Origin: Candidatus Omnitrophota bacterium
GTDB taxonomy: Bacteria > Omnitrophota > Gorgyraeia > Gygaellales > Profunditerraquicolaceae
Direction: 5' to 3'
Length of the DNA: 64,000 nucleotides
NCBI GenBank assembly: GCA_043800555.1
Contig: JAZDMX010000017.1
Location: forward strand, 4,068 to 68,067
The notes beneath the pieces were generated by a model. It made no database searches and was not told where the DNA came from. It saw only the letters and a program-made list of their open reading frames with translations. The position numbers and the translations under genes were made by a program. Positions 15,534 through 22,662 of the stretch are shown piece by piece (the first letter of the stretch is position 1; every line of letters begins with the position of its first letter).

Positions 15534-17879
15534 CTATTTATTCTTCAATTCTCTCCACATAAGCTGATTAATGCCTGTCTTACCTGCCCTGCCAAAAGTG
15601 ATTGCCCCTTTTCTGGTTTTTATCTTATACGATGACGACACCAGGATAGTAACCGTTTCCGCCTCTGAATCGGTTACGGAAAGCGTGATCTTTCCATTGG
15701 TGAATCTGGCGGAAGTAGCTGCCAGCGAAGCGCTGCCGTTATCCGAATCCTCAACCGCCTCTACATTTACCGTCAGGCCGCTCTCCGAAGTAATGACGTT
15801 GCCTTCATCATCCACTATCTGGATAGTGACCTCGCCGGTCCCGACAGGCGAGGTAGTGTCAATTACTTCGATAGTGGCGTTTTTCACCGTAATTTTGGAC
15901 GACTCAACGCTCAAAGAGCCTTTTTGAGACTGGGCAACCACGGTATAACTGCCTGCCTGAGCTGGAACAGCTGAAAATGTATGCGCGCCCGCATCTGCGC
16001 CGGTAAAAGTGTACGGCCCCGGCAGGGCCAATCCAATACCCGAGGACAATTCAACAGCTCCGGGGTAATTCGGTATGGGTCCCCCCAGCGCGTCTAAAAC
16101 TTTCACCACCATCTCAATCGGCTCGCCGATATAGAAGAAATCTCGCTCACTGTTGGCGGGAATTACGCTGATTGACATACTCTTGGGTAAAAATACGATG
16201 TCGGGGCTAATCCCGGATTTTGCCGGATCAACCGAATCTTCGGCCTTAAGTTTTATCGTGCCGTAAAGATTATAAGATACATCTGCTTTGGCAATTCCGC
16301 TAAGGAAACTGCTTGCCGCTATCACGGAAGGAGAAAACGATGCCTTAGGAATACTAAGAGGCGTAACCGCTAACGGCAATAAATTAACAGCGCTATTATA
16401 ATTCGGGGTTATTAAGCCCGCGGCATTTAAAGCGGTAACGCTAACCTTAAATGGATTTGAAACAATTTGCGGGCTCTCGGCCGAAACAATAAAGCTTGCC
16501 GGCAGGAATAAAATCTGGCTGCTTGCGCCTGTTTGATCCGAATCTTCGCTATCGGTTGCCGTAATCGTAACCAGGCCGCAATCAGGATATTTCGCCGTGG
16601 TAACCTTAAGGACGCCCTTGACGAAACCCGACACGTTATCAGGCAATATGGGAAAACTACCCTTAGCCGGAGAAATATAATCTAGCGACAGGTTCACGGC
16701 GCCGCCGTAAGATTCATCGGTATTGGCCTTCTCATCCTTGGCGGTAATTATTATATCAAAACTTTGGCCGGCGACCTGCGGCGTAGCGGCTTCAACGGCA
16801 AAACGCGCAAACTTATTCACTATCTCAAATTCCTGCAGGGCGTCGAGATAACCCCGGTCCGGATACTCCCTTACGTTAATTACGGGCCTGCCGGAAGCGG
16901 TATCTTTATAATAAAAGGTTACCTGTTGGGCTGATTTCGGAATAATAATCTGCTCTTGGCTTACCCAGGGGTCCTTATTCAGAGAAAAACTTCCGCTAGT
17001 GGAAGTAGATTTTAGCTCTAAAGTTATATCTGTCGCCGCTGTCTGGGGCGCGGAATCGGAATCCTGCAGTTGAAGGACAATCGGCCCCGAAACCTGGCCC
17101 TGCATTAACTTCTGGGGCGCGCTAATTATCTGCAAACGGTAAATGTAGCTGACTTCTATATCGTCGACATAAGCATTACTCTGCCCGGAAGCCGAATAAG
17201 TGCCGTAAAACTTAAGGTCGCTTAAAGAATTTATGGTATTATCGATAAATCCCAGGTTGGTTTCCAGCGGGCTAAACCCTATATCCGAATTGGGATCGAC
17301 AAAATAAAGATCGTAGGTATGGTTAATGAAATCGAGTTTCATGGACACATCGTACCACTGCCCGGTTACATAGGTAGCTCCGGTATCCACCCAGGAGGAG
17401 CCGTCAGCAACCAGGACATTGCCGGTGAAATCAAAACAAACAGCCCCGACTCCGGATGAGGGCACGCTGGGGGTTTGATTGGAAATCGAAGGACGGATTT
17501 TAAAACGAATCCAGGTAGGCGTATGCCCGCCATATGCAAAAGGCCGGTCCACCACGGGAACGTTGAGCGCCCCAATGAGCTCCACTGAATTGCCTGTTCC
17601 GCCGGGAGTTACTTTAGACTGCGCGATCGCGTTATTTTCCGAACCGCTAAAAACATTCCAGTAATCTGTGCCGTCAATGGTTGCCCCGTCGATAAAATTG
17701 CTGAAATCCTGGAAATATGTGTCAAGGGTAGCTGACTGCGGCAAGCCGCAAAAAGCCTCCGGCGCCCCGCATATTAAGAAAAATATAATAAGTATTGCGC
17801 GGGATAAAAAAAAGGGGGACGTTTCTACTTTTCTGGAAGCTAAAGCCGGAAAAGTAGAAACGTCCCCCTTTTTTCTCAT
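15534..17879 (-). CDS. Large secreted surface protein with a lectin/LamG-like N-terminal region and Ig-like repeats. Its N-terminus is encoded by a REP element, followed by a signal peptide.
   Basis: The 781-aa protein starts MRKKGDVSTF...KVETSPFF, the REP translation, followed by LSRAILIIFFLICGAPEAFC. The sequence is rich in T/S/V/G beta-strand repeats. Confidence 0.55.
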   Translation of the reverse strand: MRKKGDVSTFPALASRKVETSPFFLSRAILIIFFLICGAPEAFCGLPQSATLDTYFQDFSNFIDGATIDGTDYWNVFSGSENNAIAQSKVTPGGTGNSVELIGALNVPVVDRPFAYGGHTPTWIRFKIRPSISNQTPSVPSSGVGAVCFDFTGNVLVADGSSWVDTGATYVTGQWYDVSMKLDFINHTYDLYFVDPNSDIGFSPLETNLGFIDNTINSLSDLKFYGTYSASGQSNAYVDDIEVSYIYRLQIISAPQKLMQGQVSGPIVLQLQDSDSAPQTAATDITLELKSTSTSGSFSLNKDPWVSQEQIIIPKSAQQVTFYYKDTASGRPVINVREYPDRGYLDALQEFEIVNKFARFAVEAATPQVAGQSFDIIITAKDEKANTDESYGGAVNLSLDYISPAKGSFPILPDNVSGFVKGVLKVTTAKYPDCGLVTITATDSEDSDQTGASSQILFLPASFIVSAESPQIVSNPFKVSVTALNAAGLITPNYNSAVNLLPLAVTPLSIPKASFSPSVIAASSFLSGIAKADVSYNLYGTIKLKAEDSVDPAKSGISPDIVFLPKSMSISVIPANSERDFFYIGEPIEMVVKVLDALGGPIPNYPGAVELSSGIGLALPGPYTFTGADAGAHTFSAVPAQAGSYTVVAQSQKGSLSVESSKITVKNATIEVIDTTSPVGTGEVTIQIVDDEGNVITSESGLTVNVEAVEDSDNGSASLAATSARFTNGKITLSVTDSEAETVTILVSSSYKIKTRKGAITFGRAGKTGINQLMWRELKNK
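17806..17876. repeat. REP-like palindromic element, copy 11. It overlaps the start of the 15534..17879 gene.
   Basis: GGGGGACGTTTCTACTTTTC tggaagctaaagccg GAAAAGTAGAAACGTCCCCC. Confidence 0.9.
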
Positions 17880-18247
17880 TTCTTTGCCGGCTTCGCCGGC
17901 TGTTCTACAATTTTCCCCAATTTATCATCGTAGCGGTAAAGCCCTTTGCGGAATTTCTCTACATCAAGCTTATACTGGTCGGCGAAAACCGCCTCCAAAT
18001 TACGCAGCTTCGCCACTTCTTCGTTAAGTATCTGTTGCAGGATAGCTACCCGTAAATCCTGATTACGCAGGCCATTAATATTAGCGATAAGGACATCTTT
18101 TTCCTGCTTGGCCTTATCTGCCGAAGGAAACTGGTTTCCTTCTTTTGCCGGCTGGTCTTTCGCTAGAAGCAGCGCCGGGCTAGCGCATACAGAAACCAAT
18201 ACCAACGCTACGAGCATCCACTTTTTCATCTCTCCTCCTCTGTGCAA
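17876..18247 (-). CDS. Hypothetical periplasmic protein with a signal peptide.
   Basis: MKKWMLVALVLVSVCASPALLLA signal peptide, then a charged helical protein. Confidence 0.4.
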   Translation of the reverse strand: MHRGGEMKKWMLVALVLVSVCASPALLLAKDQPAKEGNQFPSADKAKQEKDVLIANINGLRNQDLRVAILQQILNEEVAKLRNLEAVFADQYKLDVEKFRKGLYRYDDKLGKIVEQPAKPAKK

Positions 18248-18314
18248 ATTACGGGCATTGGGTTGCAGGGCCCTCCACCCGCAAACCGTATCCCTTAATT
18301 AGTTTTTCTAATGC

Positions 18315-18950
18315 CTATAGGCTTTTAATCCGCGAAGCTATATCTTCCCTGAAGGCGGCTTGGTCCGCGGGAATTAATCCAAGCAGCTCGGTATATTCTT
18401 TCCTGGCCTCTTTAACATCGCCCATCTGCGCGTATACCTGGGCCATCCTTTCCTTGAACAAAAGATTCCGCGGGTCCAGCTGAAACGCGATATTCCACTG
18501 CGCCAAAGATTCTTCAAGCAGGCCCAAATCCAATAACCCCTGGGCATACCTGCCCCTTAAACCCGGCGAGTTAGGCTTTTTCGCTATTTTCTGCTTATAC
18601 AGGGCCACAGCCTCATCCGGCTTATTCGCCCCCACATAAGCCTGCGCTAAAATGTCGGAACTGGCGATGTCATCCGGATTAGCGGCTACCTTCGCTTCTA
18701 ATACGCCGATTGCCGCGTCATAATTCTTAGCCATCATATAAGCGTCAACCAGGCGGGTGGCCAAAATAGAGTCGCCGGGATTTTCTTTTACCAAATCCTC
18801 GTAGATTTCGCTTACCTTGGCCCAATCCCCCAGGCGCACATACCCTTCGGCAATCCCTCTTTGCAAACTTACGCTTGGGGAGCTTTTCGCCGCTACCTCC
18901 AATTTTTCTATTGCCGGGTTGATCCCGTCATTTTTTTGGGGCCAAATCAT
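18315..18950 (-). CDS. TPR-repeat protein. It is probably the C-terminal part of a gene split at a homopolymer frameshift.
   Basis: Multiple TPR-like helices. It has no signal peptide of its own, and its ATG at 18950 sits just after a T7/A7 run. Confidence 0.55.
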   Translation of the reverse strand: MIWPQKNDGINPAIEKLEVAAKSSPSVSLQRGIAEGYVRLGDWAKVSEIYEDLVKENPGDSILATRLVDAYMMAKNYDAAIGVLEAKVAANPDDIASSDILAQAYVGANKPDEAVALYKQKIAKKPNSPGLRGRYAQGLLDLGLLEESLAQWNIAFQLDPRNLLFKERMAQVYAQMGDVKEARKEYTELLGLIPADQAAFREDIASRIKSL

Positions 18951-19182
18951 AGTATTGCCTCACCGCCCAGCCGCTCATATCTTTAAAACTGTCCGAACTG
19001 ATAATCTTAATAAGGAGGTTTACGGCTTCGGTATCGGAATTTGCGGATATGTATGTCTCGACTAATTTACGCGCAGTTGCAGAATCAGCGGGAAGGTCTT
19101 CGGCTGCCGGGCTCTCCCGAAAAAACAAGGGCATTACCGTTAAAATTAAAGTTAACAAAAACACGCGCCGGCTTATCCCCAT
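18928..19182 (-). CDS. Signal-peptide-bearing N-terminal fragment. It is probably the 5' part of the TPR gene that follows.
   Basis: MGISRRVFLLTLILTVMPLFF signal peptide. Shortening the A7 run at 18931-18937 by one base fuses it in-frame to the TPR ORF. Confidence 0.4.
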   Translation of the reverse strand: MGISRRVFLLTLILTVMPLFFRESPAAEDLPADSATARKLVETYISANSDTEAVNLLIKIISSDSFKDMSGWAVRQYYDLAPKK

Positions 19183-19260
19183 CTCCTGCCTCCTTATCTT
19201 CTAAAAAACGCTCCTATTTAAACGAGTTTATCATAGGGCTTTAGAACTTTCAATACATTT

Positions 19261-20838
19261 CTATTTGCCCGCCTGTTTCTTCAACGCCTTTAAGAATATA
19301 TCCGCGATCTCCGGATCAATTGCCTTGCCGGATTCATCCAGCAACTTTTTGGCAACCTCGCCGGGAGCAAGCGGTTTATCCGGGCCAAGCCGTCCGGAAC
19401 AGGCGTCATCATAAACATCCGCCACCTTGATTATCCTTGAGCCCAGGGGGATATGCTTGCCTTCTAAGCCCAACGGATAGCCCGTCCCGTCGTAGCGCTC
19501 ATGGTGGTAAAGGATAATCGGCAATTCCATCTTCATAAATTTGTTCTTAGAGAGCAAATTAACCGTAAGCGCAGGATGCCTCCTCATTATCTCCTGCTCC
19601 CCGGAAGTCAATCCGCCGTTTTTCAATAAAATGCTTTCGCCGATCAAAAGCTTGCCTAAATCATGCACGGCCGCGGCGTTTTCGATGATCTCAATTTCAT
19701 TCTTGGGCAGGTTCATCTCTCTTGTTATCAACCGGACATATTTTAAAACATTCGCGGAGTGCCCGCTAAGAAAAGAATTGTTTTCTTCCCAAGCGGAGAT
19801 TAAATCGCTAATCGCCTCTATATAGCTTCTTTTCGGGTATTCGACTATGCTATAAACCCTTTTTTCAACCGCTAACAAATTTTCCCTATCCGAGGGCTTG
19901 GCCTGCCCGGAAAGCTCTTTGCAGGTAACCGAATTGTTCCTGCCCCTGGCCTTTGCTTCATAGCAAGCCTTATCGGCAAAAGATAGAAAATCTTCCTTAG
20001 TGAAAACCCCGTCTTCCAGAAAAGAGGACAAGCCGATACTAACGGTTAATTTAACCGTTGTCCCTTTATCGCTAAAATCAATCCCCTCTACATATTTCCT
20101 GAACCTCTCGGCGATATTAAAAATAACCGAATAATCGGTATTTATCATCAAAACGATGAATTCGTCCCCTCCGTAGCGCGCCAAGACATCCGAACCCCGG
20201 AAATTCGCTTTTAGGCATTCGCCCAGCTTTTTCAGGACAAAATCCCCGAAGGCGTGGCCGTGACCGTCGTTTACTTGTTTGAAATAGTCAATATCAATCA
20301 TAACGCAGCAGATATTATACTCGCATCTTTTAACGCGGAAAACTTCCATGTTCAAGCATTCCAAAAAATACCTTTTGTTGTGTAACCCGGTTACGCTGTC
20401 TTCCATGGATAAACTTTGCAATACCGGGACCATTTTATTCAACCGGCTGACCTCGTCCCTTAAATGCTTCCTGCGCAAAACCATTTTTAACTTCATAAGC
20501 GCCATCTGCGCGCTGTTTGAGTCAATTATATAATCATCTGCTCCGGCTTCCAGGCAAAAGAGGGCATCGGACTCCTTGGGGCCGGCCAACATCACCACAG
20601 GCGTATATTTTAATGAAGCAACCGACTTTATCCTCTTCACTGCTTCGACGGCAGGCATCTGCGTAAGCCGGCTGCTAAGCAAAACGCAATCTATTTGTTC
20701 CCCGGAAAGGATGCTCAAGGCTTCCTGGCAACTGCTAACAGGCATCAGCAGGTAACCGGAGGCATCCAAACGGCGGATGGACGCTTCCAGGCTGCCGGGG
20801 TTATCGTCAATGACCAATATGGTTATCTTTTCTTTCAT
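19261..20838 (-). CDS. Response-regulator receiver fused to a GGDEF diguanylate cyclase and an HD-GYP phosphodiesterase.
   Basis: ILVIDDNPGSL receiver domain with a conserved Asp region. GGDEF motif RYGGDEFIVLM. HD-GYP motifs HDLGKL and HHERYDGTGYP. Confidence 0.85.
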   Translation of the reverse strand: MKEKITILVIDDNPGSLEASIRRLDASGYLLMPVSSCQEALSILSGEQIDCVLLSSRLTQMPAVEAVKRIKSVASLKYTPVVMLAGPKESDALFCLEAGADDYIIDSNSAQMALMKLKMVLRRKHLRDEVSRLNKMVPVLQSLSMEDSVTGLHNKRYFLECLNMEVFRVKRCEYNICCVMIDIDYFKQVNDGHGHAFGDFVLKKLGECLKANFRGSDVLARYGGDEFIVLMINTDYSVIFNIAERFRKYVEGIDFSDKGTTVKLTVSIGLSSFLEDGVFTKEDFLSFADKACYEAKARGRNNSVTCKELSGQAKPSDRENLLAVEKRVYSIVEYPKRSYIEAISDLISAWEENNSFLSGHSANVLKYVRLITREMNLPKNEIEIIENAAAVHDLGKLLIGESILLKNGGLTSGEQEIMRRHPALTVNLLSKNKFMKMELPIILYHHERYDGTGYPLGLEGKHIPLGSRIIKVADVYDDACSGRLGPDKPLAPGEVAKKLLDESGKAIDPEIADIFLKALKKQAGK

Positions 20839-20924
20839 TCTTCCCCCTGATAAAAAATCCTTAATTTATAAACTTACCGGTTCTGTTTCCGTTAGTATAA
20901 TAATATACCGCCGGTTTGTAAAGC

Positions 20925-22613
20925 CTATTGTTTTTTCTTGAATTCTCCTTCAAAATAATCGGCCTGCGCGAAATCCCCCTGGCTGTAATAAAAAGCAGCC
21001 AGGTTACGATAGGCGTCGGCATAATCCGGGTTTATTGCGATAGTCTCCTTCCACAGCTTTTCCGCTTCTTCCGGCTTGCCCTGGTTATAATATAGTATCC
21101 CCAGGTTAAAACGGACGTCATCGTAATCCGGATTAACCGCCAATTCCATCTTGTATTCTTCTTCCGCGGCTTCAAGCTCGCCCCGGGAGGCGTAAATCAA
21201 CCCTAAATTATTATGCGCCATCGGCTCAAGCGCGTTAAGCTCCAAGGCCTTTTTGTATTCCGGCTCCGCTTTATCCAGTGAGCCTTCAAGATAATACATC
21301 GCCCCCAAGTTACGGTGGGCAAGCGGCGAATGCGGAGAATTCTTTACGGCGTTTAGCCAGAAACTCAACTTGTCTCTGAAATTCCCGGTGTGAAAAAAGG
21401 TTATGGCCGCGAATAAAATTATAACCGCGGATGCAGCCGTAAAATTCCTCTTTAAGCCAAAATCAAGCTTCTTCATTATATCGGTTTCAAGGAGCAAAAT
21501 AAAAAACCCGGCCAGCGGCATATAAACCCTATGCTCTATGAAATCCGCCGCTATCTTCGGATTCGGCCGGATAAACGAGGGCAATAAGAAAAGCAAAAAC
21601 CAGGCTGCGCCGAAAATGACAAATCCGCGGCGGGCATGTTTTGAGAAAAACAAGGCCGGCGTAATTAACGCCAACGCCAAAATACCGTAAACAAATGTCG
21701 TATCTTGTATCAAGGGGAGCACGGACAGATTAAAAGGGAAAATGATCTTGCCGATAAACTGAATTAAAGCCGGCAGATTCAGCAGCATCGACTTAACCAT
21801 ATTCGCTACGGTCATCGGCATGGGATTATCGCTAAGCGCCACCGAACGCATAAAAAACCAAAGGCCGGATACAGCCAGCCATCCCGCCAGCACAAAAAAA
21901 GGGGACGTTTCTACTTTTCTGGCGCCAAGTTCGGGAAAAGTAGAAACGTCCCCTTTTTTCGAAACGCCCCGCTTTTTCCATATAAGCCAATAATATAGGA
22001 TACACACGGGCATAAGCATTAAAGCCGATTCTTTCGTAAAGAGGGCCAGGCAAAAAAAGAAGATATGCGCCAAACAATACCTGATCTTTTTTGTCTCCAG
22101 GAAATCCAAAAAGAAAATAAATGACGCTAAGCCAAAAAGGGCTAGCAGGGAATCGTTTCTTCCCGGTATCCAGCTTACCGCTTGCGCCAATACGGGATGG
22201 ACGCTAAAAAGCAGGGAGAAAAATAACGCCGGCCTAAAGGGATAGCCCAATTTGGAAAAAAACTTAAAGACCAGGCAGGAAGCCGCCAAATGTATGATGA
22301 TATTAGTCAGGTGGTATATGAACGGGTTTGTGCCGCCGAGCTGCGCGTCAAATAATAACGACACAGTCAGCAGCGGCCGATAATAAGCGGCCGAGCTATG
22401 CAGTATGTGAAAAACCTCGTGCCTGAATGCCTCAAGCACATTGGATAAACGGCTCAAGAAATTGTGGTTATTGATGACTAACGCATTATCGTCAAGGTAG
22501 GTAAACCCAAAAAATAGCGACTTAAAATATACCAGGAGCCCGGCGCCGGATATGAAAACGCAGGCCAACGCCCCCCTTAAAGAAACGGATCCGGGACCGC
22601 TTTTCTTCTTCAT
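20925..22613 (-). CDS. Polytopic membrane protein of the PMT/ArnT-like glycosyltransferase superfamily (GT-C fold) with C-terminal TPR repeats. A REP element is inserted in-frame in a loop.
   Basis: N-terminal GFTYLDDNAL (DD motif) followed by multiple TM segments. The C-terminus carries 4-5 TPRs (AEPEYKKALELNALEPMAHNNLGLIY...). The in-frame insertion reads SKKGDVSTFPELGARKVETSPFF. Confidence 0.55.
   Translation of the reverse strand: MKKKSGPGSVSLRGALACVFISGAGLLVYFKSLFFGFTYLDDNALVINNHNFLSRLSNVLEAFRHEVFHILHSSAAYYRPLLTVSLLFDAQLGGTNPFIYHLTNIIIHLAASCLVFKFFSKLGYPFRPALFFSLLFSVHPVLAQAVSWIPGRNDSLLALFGLASFIFFLDFLETKKIRYCLAHIFFFCLALFTKESALMLMPVCILYYWLIWKKRGVSKKGDVSTFPELGARKVETSPFFVLAGWLAVSGLWFFMRSVALSDNPMPMTVANMVKSMLLNLPALIQFIGKIIFPFNLSVLPLIQDTTFVYGILALALITPALFFSKHARRGFVIFGAAWFLLFLLPSFIRPNPKIAADFIEHRVYMPLAGFFILLLETDIMKKLDFGLKRNFTAASAVIILFAAITFFHTGNFRDKLSFWLNAVKNSPHSPLAHRNLGAMYYLEGSLDKAEPEYKKALELNALEPMAHNNLGLIYASRGELEAAEEEYKMELAVNPDYDDVRFNLGILYYNQGKPEEAEKLWKETIAINPDYADAYRNLAAFYYSQGDFAQADYFEGEFKKKQ
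21894..21959. repeat. REP-like palindromic element, copy 12, lying in-frame (66 nt) inside the 20925..22613 CDS.
   Basis: GGGGACGTTTCTACTTTTC tggcgccaagttcgg GAAAAGTAGAAACGTCCCC. Confidence 0.9.
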
Positions 22614-22662
22614 CTGCTTTTATTCCTTTTCGGGCTTGCCGGAAGCGCCCATATTTCCAAGG

